Part shown: positions 52,696 through 64,000 of the stretch, in pieces
How the letters are laid out: every line of letters starts with the position of its first letter
Position numbering within the stretch: position 1 is the stretch's first letter
Assembly: GCF_001194135.2 (NCBI RefSeq)
Contig: NC_069000.1
Coordinates: forward strand, 31,475,276-31,539,275
Source of the DNA: Octopus bimaculoides
Lineage: Eukaryota
DNA length: 64,000 nt
Reading direction: 5' to 3'
The notes under the pieces: model-generated
Told to the model about the DNA's origin: nothing
The model's database searches: none
Seen by the model: only the letters and a program-made list of their open reading frames with translations
Translations under genes and position numbers: made by a program

Positions 52696-53514
52696 NNNNN
52701 NNNNNNNNNNNNNNNNNNNNNNNNNNNNNNNNNNNNNNNNNNNNNNNNNNNNNNNNNNNNNNNNNNNNNNNNNNNNNNNNNNNNNNNNNNNNNNNNNNNN
52801 NNNNNNNNNNNNNNNNNNNNNNNNNNNNNNNNNNNNNNNNNNNNNNNNNNNNNNNNNNNNNNNNNNNNNNNNNNNNNNNNNNNNNNNNNNNNNNNNNNNN
52901 NNNNNNNNNNNNNNNNNNNNNNNNNNNNNNNNNNNNNNNNNNNNNNNNNNNNNNNNNNNNNNNNNNNNNNNNNNNNNNNNNNNNNNNNNNNNNNNNNNNN
53001 NNNNNNNNNNNNNNNNNNNNNNNNNNNNNNNNNNNNNNNNNNNNNNNNNNNNNNNNNNNNNNNNNNNNNNNNNNNNNNNNNNNNNNNNNNNNNNNNNNNN
53101 NNNNNNNNNNNNNNNNNNNNNNNNNNNNNNNNNNNNNNNNNNNNNNNNNNNNNNNNNNNNNNNNNNNNNNNNNNNNNNNNNNNNNNNNNNNNNNNNNNNN
53201 NNNNNNNNNNNNNNNNNNNNNNNNNNNNNNNNNNNNNNNNNNNNNNNNNNNNNNNNNNNNNNNNNNNNNNNNNNNNNNNNNNNNNNNNNNNNNNNNNNNN
53301 NNNNNNNNNNNNNNNNNNNNNNNNNNNNNNNNNNNNNNNNNNNNNNNNNNNNNNNNNNNNNNNNNNNNNNNNNNNNNNNNNNNNNNNNNNNNNNNNNNNN
53401 NNNNNNNNNNNNNNNNNNNNNNNNNNNNNNNNNNNNNNNNNNNNNNNNNNNNNNNNNNNNNNNNNNNNNNNNNNNNNNNNNNNNNNNNNNNNNNNNNNNN
53501 NNNNNNNNNNNNNN

Positions 53515-53581
<67 letters not shown>

Positions 53582-54224
53582 CCTACATGGAGAGTTGGTA
53601 TGGGTATAAAATTAATTTATTAACATACTGCCAAAATAAAACCTACGAACATTTCAATTCAGTTCAATATACAATTACAAATTCATAGAGTGGAATAAAC
53701 TAGCATTTTGAATAATATTGGGCAGATTCTCATTAGGACTAGAGTACAATAAGAAAGAGTTACATATTGATGGATTGGATATAATCGATAGATAAAGAAA
53801 ATTAGGAAATATATATTGTATGTGTGTGAGTGTGTGTGTGTGTGTATGTGTGAGTGTGTGTGTGTACATATATAGATTGACTGTTGGACATTGCACGCGG
53901 ATGTTGCTTTGATTGAACGGGGGAATTGAAATCATGTGGAGGGAAGGAAATATATTTTTAATGATATTATCAATTAAAAAACATGAGCAAAATTAAACGA
54001 CTATTTATTGAAATGTGGATATAAAAAGGATTAACAAGTATATAATGTTTCCCTTATATCACTATGCCACTCTGAAATTAGCGGTTCGACAAAGAACCAA
54101 TCGATCAATTAAGCACCACTGAAATAATCAGAGACACCTGTGTGTACCACTGAAAGTTTTCATGCAGTGCTCCAGTATGGCAGCGTCCTAATAACTGAAA
54201 TTATTAAAGCAATGAATATCATAT

Positions 54225-54530
54225 TCTTTTATTCTTTTATTTATTCCAGTCATCTTGACTGCGGCAGCCATGCTGGAGCACCGCCTTTAGTCGAACAGAT
54301 CGTGCCTTGGACTAATCCTTTTTAAGCCTAGTACTTATTCTATCGGTCTCTTTTGCCGAATCGATAAGTTACAGGGACATAAACACACCAACATCGGTTG
54401 TCAAGCGATGGTGGGAGGACAAACACAGACACACAAACACAAAGACACAACACACACGCGCATACACACATATATACGACGGGCTTCTTTTAGTTTCCCT
54501 CTACCAAATCCACTACAAGTCTTAGGTCGG
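54225..54530 (-). mobile_element. SINE family A (tail and partial body), tail-to-tail with a diverged + tail at 54070-54210
   Basis: gccatgctggagcaccgcctttagtcga; gcagtgctccagtatggc on + just upstream. Confidence 0.85.
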
Positions 54531-54748
54531 GAATGTTTTCAATTTTTATTCTGTACCCTTTGTATGTAGTGTTCCTTTTATTCGCTATCATTTTCATTCG
54601 TAATATTTGTCGAAGCCATCAAAAGAATTCTCACTTTTTTTCGCGTAAGTTGCTAATAATTAGAAATATACTACTATATTACTATATACACACTTACTAC
54701 CGGTTCGAATATGCTTGAGAGAGAGAGAGAGAGAGAGAGGAAGAGATA

Positions 54749-54827
<79 letters not shown>

Positions 54828-55544
54828 AAAATATGTTACTCTGATTCATAGTTTTAAGCAATTTTTAAGTACATGCAAATTTATTCTTCTATGATATAAT
54901 TTATGGGATTGTAACTCTGTGTTATTAATCGAGTGCTGAAATCGTGCAGATATATTTTATGATGCTCATACATCAATTTAATGTTTGAAAATATACGTAG
55001 GCTTGTCTGTGAGTGTTTATGTGTGCGTATGTGAAAGTGTGTGAAAGTGTGTGCCATTAACCTTAGCAGAAAGAGCAAGACAAACATGACAAAATTTAAT
55101 TAAATCTGGTGAAGTTTTAACATCGTAACTGTAAGCGATAGAAGTTGCTACAGATGTTGTTTAATGCTAAACAAGCAACCGTCATTGAGCAGAACTATAA
55201 TCAAACACATTCCAGATATGCCCGACCCGCCTGGTTTCTATGTAGCCCTAGATCACATTATTCGACATGTTCTTGGCCGTAATGTCTTTATAGATCCACT
55301 TACCCTCGTTTTTTACTTCACCCTCTTCATTCTTTCCTTCCTAGCAACTTTTCTTCCGTTTAGATTTAATTCTTTCATCATTTATATTATATATCACTCC
55401 ACTAAACTTCTCCGTTGCTTTCTTCTTTCCTTCATTTACATAGCTTTTCTATTACATTTCGATTCCTTAATTCTTTCGTCTCCATAATCTTGTTTTACCA
55501 ATCTGTTCTCAATGCAAGTTATTTGTCCTTAGATCCATTCATTT

Positions 55545-55658
55545 CTTCTTCTTCTTCTTCTTCTTCTTCTTCTTCTTCTTCTTCTTCTTCTTCTTCTTCT
55601 TCTTCTTCTTCTTCTTCTTCTTCTTCTTCTTCTTCTTCTTCTTCTTCTTCTTCTTCTT
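55545..55658. repeat. (TTC)n microsatellite
   Basis: Direct reading. Confidence 0.97.
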
Positions 55659-57000
55659 NNNNNNNNNNNNNNNNNNNNNNNNNNNNNNNNNNNNNNNNNN
55701 NNNNNNNNNNNNNNNNNNNNNNNNNNNNNNNNNNNNNNNNNNNNNNNNNNNNNNNNNNNNNNNNNNNNNNNNNNNNNNNNNNNNNNNNNNNNNNNNNNNN
55801 NNNNNNNNNNNNNNNNNNNNNNNNNNNNNNNNNNNNNNNNNNNNNNNNNNNNNNNNNNNNNNNNNNNNNNNNNNNNNNNNNNNNNNNNNNNNNNNNNNAT
55901 ATATATATATATATACTGAGAGAAAGAGAAAGAAAGACACGAGAACAGACACATACTCGCAACTAAAGACAAGAATGCTTTCACACAACCTAAGACAAGC
56001 TGAGAAACCAATATCGTTAGCAAATATGCATTGCTGATTGGAGTGATTATCAGTATTAAAGTGGTCACATCAAAGGAACTTGGCATAGCTTTGATTACCA
56101 TCGAACAAAAGACACACAAACGCATACATTCATTCACACGTAAATAACCTAACTGGAAGTATCTCTGATGAAGGAAACACTAGATGGTCGCTAGGGTGGC
56201 TAGATATAACAATCTTGCCACCCTGAATTCACTCCTCGATGGTTTGAGAAGAGAATAAATGCGATAACGTGAGCCTTGTTCAATCTCGGTTGGAAAATGT
56301 TTGATGGTTTATGCGGTCAATTGCTGTTGAACTGGGGCTGAGCTATAAGAACCAATACAACCATCACTACAACGATGACAACAAATGCAACTTTCACGAT
56401 TGCAATGATGACCAGTTTCAATTATATCAGTTTCAAAGTTTTGACTCAAGACCTGCAATTCTGGGAGAGAGTTAAGTCAATTCCACCGATCCTCAGTGAG
56501 TGACTGGTACTTATTTTATGGACTCCGGAAGGACCATTTTACTCGGTATGTCAACGATTCTGCCAGCTTGATGCCGTATTTGATCGGTTTAATATCGAAT
56601 GGTTGAAATGATTACGTAGACATTTCAATTACCTTCTTACAAAACGTACGGATATGAAACAACACGCACAAACACACACACATGCGCATACGCAGAAGCC
56701 TCCAATACAAACACCAGTCATGCATACACAAATGAATACATTTCAACGTATTATGCAAAAATTTCTATTGCGGGTAACTGAAAGAAAGCCATTGGGTATT
56801 GGCAATATTTATCAATGTAGATAGTGCTTTCAATATATAATTAGGAGACAGAGAACAGAAAATATATGATTCTATGTATGTATGTATGTATGTATGTATG
56901 TATGTATGTATGGATGGATGGATGCATTTGGGTGTATTTATTTGTGTTAATACGTGTATGTTTGTGAGTGCATATATATATGTATGTGTATGTGTGTGTT

Positions 57001-57042
<42 letters not shown>

Positions 57043-57217
57043 CATACATATACACATACACTCTATATATCTCTTTATATATATATATCACTATAGATAT
57101 ATTTATGCACACACACACATACAGTCACTGAAACATGGAAACACCACACTGATGAAGCACACAGAAAGTCGCAACTACAAACCCAATTATCAACCAACCT
57201 CTCTCCTTCTGTGTGCG

Positions 57218-57251
<34 letters not shown>

Positions 57252-57672
57252 GTTGTATAGCAATTTAATTGAATTTGTTCGGCGGTAAGGAAAGCCAAAT
57301 GATATGAATACCTAACTTTACGCCGTAGAAGAGTGTTTCTTTAATTCGCTATTATTGTTACTGAGTGAGTGTGTGTGTGTTTGTGTCTAAGTGACTGGGT
57401 ACGCGTGTGTGTAATGGTATATATACATGTATGTGTATGTATGTCTGTATATATTATTTAACAAATATTCTTTGATGTTTGTAGTCACCGCGCTTATGAG
57501 GTTTTGTACAAAAGGTTAAGAAACAACTCTGAAAAGGCGCTTGCAAATCGAAGATATAATTACGCACATTTACAAACAAATGGACACTCGCTTGCCTACA
57601 CACAATGCATATACAAAAGCCAAATAAGCACACAGACACACAGAATATATTAAGTGTGTATGGGAATGCTTC

Positions 57673-57711
<39 letters not shown>

Positions 57712-57796
57712 ATATATATATACATATATATATATACATATGTATATACGTATCTATCTATATATATATATGTATATATATATGTATATATGTATG

Positions 57797-57843
<47 letters not shown>

Positions 57844-59399
57844 GTATGCATGTATATGTAGGTACTAAGAATTTCATATAGGCATTCATATATACATTAA
57901 CCAAATCAATTGTAATGATTGTATTTCCAGTCCGTATGAAGTTGACTGTCAGACATATTTAAGTATAACTTTGAATGTCTTCATACAATATTTAGACAGA
58001 CATAAAGACATAAAGGCACACACACGCGCGCAAACACACACATATACATACAGAAGCAAATAAACATATAGACAGACACACAAACGAACACATGCAAGAT
58101 AAGGATATTCACATATACATAAACGCATAATAAACATATCGATAAGTACATTATTTTCTGAAGCCCTGACGAAAATAAGGTGTTACTCCATCACTCATCT
58201 ATGAGTCCACCACTTCAAATAGTGGAAACGGCTGTACGTTAATGACCTTCATAAGATAATATACTATTATTTTGACATCTCCTTCATGCTTAAGTATATA
58301 TTTGGCGAATGCATACAGATCACTGCAGTTAGAAGTAGCACATACCATGCAGCATTAAAATGACACTAACTAATACGGTCGAATATGAATTAGTATTTGT
58401 ATCGGGAAAGATAATATATCTCATAACTTGTTTACACAGACACACAGACACACACACATGAATTATAAATTAATAAATTCTTGTGATGGGCAGGTTCTAT
58501 AACTCTTGGATCAGACAGACTCGCTCAAGAGAACTAAGTAGCACTTTTACAAACTTAAAAATCGTGACGATACGGTATGTCTGGCATTTGAGTCTACGAT
58601 TCTTTCCGTTATTAGTTCGGGGGCTTAGAATTTTTGCTCACTGCTCCGACTTCAATAAATGTGTACCTTTGAAAATTTGTTGTCGTAGCTGTCTTCTGGC
58701 AGCTGTCTCTAGCCTACCAGTGCTGCCTGTAATACTTTCAATTATTAATATGTATAAAAGTCCGTGTATATATATATATATNNNNNNNNNNNNNNNNNNN
58801 NNNNNNNNNNNNNNNNNNNNNNNNNNNNNNNNNNNNNNNNNNNNNNNNNNNNNNNNNNNNNNNNNNNNNNNNNNNNNNNNNNNNNNNNNNNNNNNNNNNN
58901 NNNNNNNNNNNNNNNNNNNNNNNNNNNNNNNNNNNNNNNNNNNNNNNNNNNNNNNNNNNNNNNNNNNNNNNNNNNNNNNNNNNNNNNNNNNNNNNNNNNN
59001 NNNNNNNNNNNNNNNNNNNNNNNNNNNNNNNNNNNNNNNNNNNNNNNNNNNNNNNNNNNNNNNNNNNNNNNNNNNNNNNNNNNNNNNNNNNNNNNNNNNN
59101 NNNNNNNNNNNNNNNNNNNNNNNNNNNNNNNNNNNNNNNNNNNNNNNNNNNNNNNNNNNNNNNNNNNNNNNNNNNNNNNNNNNNNNNNNNNNNNNNNNNN
59201 NNNNNNNNNNNNNNNNNNNNNNNNNNNNNNNNNNNNNNNNNNNNNNNNNNNNNNNNNNNNNNNNNNNNNNNNNNNNNNNNNNNNNNNNNNNNNNNNNNNN
59301 NNNNNNNNNNNNNNNNNNNNNNNNNNNNNNNNNNNNNNNNNNNNNNNNNNNNNNNNNNNNNNGCAATATCTAATTATAAATTATAAAGATATTTTTTAT

Positions 59400-59410
59400 A
59401 AATAATAATG

Positions 59411-59485
<75 letters not shown>
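59400..59485. repeat. (TAA)n microsatellite
   Basis: Direct reading. Confidence 0.95.
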
Positions 59486-59969
59486 TAGGTGGCTAGTTAG
59501 CAAAAGAGTTCGCTTTTTAAATTTCAATTATACATATATAATGAAAATAAAATGTGACAACAAAAGAATGAAACCTCGATATTAGATAAATAGAGGTTTG
59601 TTTATATATGTTATAATTAGAACAGTAAGTTGTCATTACTGTACTCGCTTCGAATGTCGGAGCGAAGAGCTTCGATGCATTCTCGTCGACTAGTAATGGC
59701 AACAGGCGCTATAAAAACCGTTGACTAAAAGGGAAGTTACTCTAATAGAAAGAGAAAAAAAACAGAAATAAGAAACAAAATACACGCAACTATATTCTCA
59801 CAATACATAGACATAAACCTCCTGCGTTCATAACGTCTACATACGTACACACTCACACAAACATGTGTACGTACATGCACATACACATACAAACATATAT
59901 GTATATGTACGTACGCATACATGCACACCCCCACATACACGTATATAAATATATATATGTATATATATC

Positions 59970-60023
<54 letters not shown>

Positions 60024-60593
60024 AGCAATGTTAATTCTCTAAATGAAGTATTAACAGTAACTTTACTATATACATTTATATATANNNNNNNNNNNNNNNN
60101 NNNNNNNNNNNNNNNNNNNNNNNNNNNNNNNNNNNNNNNNNNNNNNNNNNNNNNNNNNNNNNNNNNNNNNNNNNNNNNNNNNNNNNNNNNNNNNNNNNNN
60201 NNNNNNNNNNNNNNNNNNNNNNNNNNNNNNNNNNNNNNNNNNNNNNNNNNNNNNNNNNNNNNNNNNNNNNNNNNNNNNNNNNNNNNNNNNNNNNNNNNNN
60301 NNNNNNNNNNNNNNNNNNNNNNNNNNNNNNNNNNNNNNNNNNNNNNNNNNNNNNNNNNNNNNNNNNNNNNNNNNNNNNNNNNNNNNNNNNNNNNNNNNNN
60401 NNNNNNNNNNNNNNNNNNNNNNNNNNNNNNNNNNNNNNNNNNNNNNNNNNNNNNNNNNNNNNNNNNNNNNNNNNNNNNNNNNNNNNNNNNNNNNNNNNNN
60501 NNNNNNNNNNNNNNNNNNNNNNNNNNNNNNNNNNNNNNNNNNNNNNNNNNNNNNNNNNNNNNNNNNNNNNNNNNNNNNNNNNNNNNNNNNNNN

Positions 60594-60636
<43 letters not shown>

Positions 60637-60871
60637 TAGATATAGATATAGATATATATACGTATGTATTCGTATATATTTACATAACATAAATATCTAT
60701 ATTAACATATACATATATAACATAAATATATATATATGTAATATATATACATTTGTATATATATATATATATATTAAATTCAAATTACGATGAACGCAAA
60801 CAAATAAACGAAGTTTGCTTTTAGAAGCGCTGAGATAATGTCTTAGAAAGTTAAAGAAGTGATTTTTAAAA

Positions 60872-61211
60872 ATTCTCAAACGCAGGATAATGCTAATAAT
60901 ATTGACTGAACAGAATAATTACCCCTATTTTGGGAGAAAAAATGTTGGCTGCTAGCTTTGAGACGCGAACTCACACCTCTGTGATTACGCGTCGCAGTGC
61001 TCTAGACAGATTCAGCTAAACTGCTCCCACAGCATACACTTCTGCAAATTTAAGATGTATAGAAATCTCTCTTTGTGAAACGCTTTTATACGTTAAATTC
61101 AAATTACGATGAACGTAAACAAACAATGGCCGCCAACACTTTTTTCTGCAAAAATAGGGGTAGCTTATCCTGTTCAGGCTATATTATTAGCATTACCCTG
61201 CGTTTGAGAAT
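60872..61211. repeat. ~80-bp inverted repeat pair (60872-60949 / 61132-61211) enclosing a tRNA-like sequence
   Basis: attctcaaacgcaggataatgctaataatattgactgaacagaataattacccctatttt..tgttggc aligns with the reverse complement of gccaac..aaaataggggtagcttatcctgttcaggctatattattagcattaccctgcgtttgagaat. Confidence 0.85.
60950..61025 (-). pseudogene. tRNA-like sequence (Thr-CGT-like), degenerate
   Basis: 76 nt; D-arm GCTG..GAGC, anticodon arm TGCGA-CGCGTAA-TCACA, T-arm TGAG-TTCGCGT-CTCA; acceptor stem mispaired, position 33 is not U. Confidence 0.55.
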
Positions 61212-61473
61212 ACATGTATATATATATGTGTGTGTGCGTGTAAGTGTGTGTGTGTGTATGCGTGTGTGCGTGTATGTGTGTATGTGTGTTTGAAAGTTAA
61301 CACATCGCTTCTTGGAAACCGAGAATACTTCTTAAACTTCGCCAGCAACGGAAAACACGGATGCGTAAATATGCATGGAATTAATGTTTTTCTCTCTTCT
61401 GCACTTTCAAACTAATATACTCCGTACAATTTATATAAATTCTTGAATTATTCTGTCCTCTCCATTTCACCAG

Positions 61474-61540
61474 AATATGTTGGAATATGAAGAAATGCGT
61501 TACGTCCCATTATTCCATAGTGAACTTGGAAGTGCGATTG
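61474..61540 (+). CDS. Candidate internal exon of an unidentified gene (NMLEYEEMRYVPLFHSELGSAI)
   Basis: Long pyrimidine tract ttattctgtcctctccatttcaccag, 67-nt open frame, TTG|gtatgc donor; product not recognised. Confidence 0.3.
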
Positions 61541-61799
61541 GTATGCACACACACACAGACATACACACACACACCCACACACAGACACCCACACACTCAC
61601 AAACACACACATACATACACGCAGGTACGTACGCGCGTACACACGCATACATGTATACATACATAAATATACACACACAAATGCATACATATATGTGTTT
61701 GTAAATTTGGAAGCAATCTGAAATAAAATAGGGTTTGCAACTATATAATGAGACTGGCTAATATGCTCTTCACAAATGCAATCAGTAAGTGGAACAGTT

Positions 61800-62010
61800 A
61801 AATCATGGAAGACTGTGGAAATCTGACATATGTGGTAATTAAAAAACAAAAGAGTTTTACATTGATGGGATTAAAAGGCTTGTATATAGATAGAAGGAAG
61901 TCATAGATAATCAGGGAAAGTACATTGATGATTAAATTTCAATTAAATATAACATTTGATCACTTGTTTTCTTTATTCAAAATGCGGACAGAACTTATGG
62001 GATGACCTGA
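61800..62010 (+). mobile_element. mariner transposon 3' end
   Basis: KQKEFYIDGIKRLVYR*KEVIDNQGKYIDD* matches the mariner C-terminus (FY..GI.KL..RW..VID.NG.YI); terminus gcggacagaacttatgggatgacctga|TA. Confidence 0.8.
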
Positions 62011-62847
62011 TAGTATGGACCAACAACTGGAGCACAGTTGTACCAGTGTGCACCTTGTTTTCTGTGGAAGGCATTCGCTGCTTTTTAAATTACTGCGATG
62101 GCGGAAAAGATTTCGCTTCTGAGCAATTACTATTTAAATAATAGTGTAAAGTGGGATGACAGTGGGGATTAATCGTCAGCTTTAAATGCTTATTTGTTAA
62201 GCTTTTTTCATTTAAGTGGTATTTATAGATATTCACAATTTCTAAAAATCTCTTTATTAGTATTTANNNNNNNNNNNNNNNNNNNNNNNNNNNNNNNNNN
62301 NNNNNNNNNNNNNNNNNNNNNNNNNNNNNNNNNNNNNNNNNNNNNNNNNNNNNNNNNNNNNNNNNNNNNNNNNNNNNNNNNNNNNNNNNNNNNNNNNNNN
62401 NNNNNNNNNNNNNNNNNNNNNNNNNNNNNNNNNNNNNNNNNNNNNNNNNNNNNNNNNNNNNNNNNNNNNNNNNNNNNNNNNNNNNNNNNNNNNNNNNNNN
62501 NNNNNNNNNNNNNNNNNNNNNNNNNNNNNNNNNNNNNNNNNNNNNNNNNNNNNNNNNNNNNNNNNNNNNNNNNNNNNNNNNNNNNNNNNNNNNNNNNNNN
62601 NNNNNNNNNNNNNNNNNNNNNNNNNNNNNNNNNNNNNNNNNNNNNNNNNNNNNNNNNNNNNNNNNNNNNNNNNNNNNNNNNNNNNNNNNNNNNNNNNNNN
62701 NNNNNNNNNNNNNNNNNNNNNNNNNNNNNNNNNNNNNNNNNNNNNNNNNNNNNNNNNNNNNNNNNNNNNNNNNNNNNNNNNNNNNNNNNNNNNNNNNNNN
62801 NNNNNNNNNNNNNNNNNNNNNNNNNNNNNNNNNNNNNNNNNNNAGTA

Positions 62848-62920
62848 TTCTGCGGTACACGTGTTTCAAGCTTTATATCAGGGTATAATTTACAATACAA
62901 AGCTATCTTCAGCCGCAAAA
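62848..62920 (-). ncRNA. Type I hammerhead ribozyme
   Basis: UUUUGCGG|CUGAAGA|U-AGCUUUGUAU-16 nt-AUAUAAAGCU-U|GAA|AC-ACGU-GU|A|CCGCAGAA: 8-bp stem I, 10-bp stem II (U.U at the first pair), minimal stem III with palindromic loop. Confidence 0.78.
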
Positions 62921-63032
62921 GTATTTCTCTCCTAGGAAATTACATCACATCGACGAACGCCGATGTGAGGTAATGTGATGCTGTTATTTTTTGGATTTAC
63001 AATTTACATATATATATATATATATATATATA

Positions 63033-63200
63033 CACGACAGGCTTCTTTCAGTTTCCGTCTACCAAATCCACTCACAAGGCTTTGGTCGGCCCGAGGCTAT
63101 AGTAGAAGACACTTGCCCAAGGTGCCACGAAGTGGGAATGAACCCGGAACCATGTGGTTGGTAAGCAAGCTACTTACCACACAGCCACTCCTGCGCCTAT
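63033..63200 (-). mobile_element. SINE family A head and body, well conserved
   Basis: Minus strand ggcgcaggagtggctgtgtggtaag (A-box), ggttcattccc (B-box), ccttgggcaagtgtcttctac (CORE-like). Confidence 0.92.
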
Positions 63201-63879
63201 ACATATATAGTTATGTTTCATGTCTGTATGTATATGTACACATATATTTCAAATAAATACATGTCTATAACACCCAACTACGCTCATGCAGTTACAAGTC
63301 AACATACAGGCATGCTCTTACATGTGTATACGTGTGTGTGTGCATACTTACACGCACACACACATAAACACACTCATATACGCTCACTAGAATCACACAC
63401 ACAAAGACACAAATACACGCACATTTCATGCATCGGTATTTTGACACGTGACATCACTACGACATATAAGAGTGCTGCATGCAGGTATAGGAGGAGCGTC
63501 AAGTGTAAGCTTTGAGGCACGAATATGGGTTACCTTACTACCTTCTGTTGTAACGCTATACGCCCACACATATATACACACACATGTATACATACACATA
63601 CATGTATACATACACATATGTGTGTTTGTTCGCGCGCATGTGCATGTGTGTGTCTCCCTGACAAAACAAGTCTGAATACAGAAATCACCTGAATGCATGC
63701 CGATACTGCAGCTATTACTGCCCCAGTTACTTGGCTATTTTAGTCAAATTCCAATCAATAAATCAAAACTAGTCTTGAGTTCCACCGGCGCCAATCACTG
63801 TGTCGATGTGTACGAGTTCAGTTTCCACTTTATTCATATCTTCTTTAAAAAGAACGAACGTCTACTTTACTCAGCCTAA

Positions 63880-63888
63880 TCTAATCTA

Positions 63889-63972
<84 letters not shown>

Positions 63973-63992
63973 GTCTATCTATCTATCTATAG
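63880..63992. repeat. (TATC)n microsatellite
   Basis: Direct reading. Confidence 0.97.
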
Positions 63993-64000
63993 ATCTGCCT

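Larger units (their letters stand above)
1598..62843. other. 16 assembly gaps (N-runs): 1598-1846, 6050-6210, 8669-9205, 11051-11351, 15531-15647, 19484-19829, 21430-21983, 24521-24722, 32656-33590, 46303-46318, 51330-52199, 52696-53514, 55659-55898, 58782-59362, 60085-60593, 62267-62843
   Basis: N-runs read directly; most are flanked by dinucleotide or trinucleotide repeats, typical of a short-read scaffold. Confidence 0.98.

Noticed and set aside
56160-56200. ctgatgaaggaaac hammerhead-like core on +
   Set aside because: No stem II, and stems I and III do not pair
34-63879. Most ORFs in the supplied track (poly-HT, CV, YI, poly-I/N/L, X-filled)
   Set aside because: Translations of microsatellites and N-gaps, not genes

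Overview
AT-rich, repeat-saturated eukaryotic genomic DNA from a gapped short-read assembly: 16 N-gaps, about 7.0 kb in total, nearly all abutting (TA)n/(CA)n/(GA)n microsatellites. The SINE and LINE repertoire strongly suggests an octopus (inference). I found no intact protein-coding gene, rRNA, CRISPR array or prokaryotic system. Almost all listed ORFs are microsatellite or gap artefacts. Recognisable content is decayed mobile DNA: R4/Dong-like RLE non-LTR fragments stacked in (TAA)n tracts, Penelope-like (PLE) RT/GIY-YIG remnants, L2/CR1, RTE and Tx1/L1-like fragments, a Tc1-like DD37E (TRT-type) transposase pseudogene, hAT and mariner remnants, two TA-flanked MITEs, a Helitron 3' end, and many copies of at least three tRNA-derived SINE families. 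The most notable unannotated signal is a set of hammerhead ribozyme (HHR) motifs read directly from the sequence. Three are near-complete type I HHRs (15753-15830, 31625-31672, 62848-62920), one is a minimal core (7350-7376) and two are decayed (22427-22449, 59630-59702). All lie on the minus strand. Other oddities are a tRNA-like cloverleaf enclosed by ~80-bp inverted repeats, a ~520-bp non-coding element inserted in (TAA)n at two loci, and an inverted pair of short TIR elements with telomere-like interiors. All family assignments are by eye and memory, not by database search.
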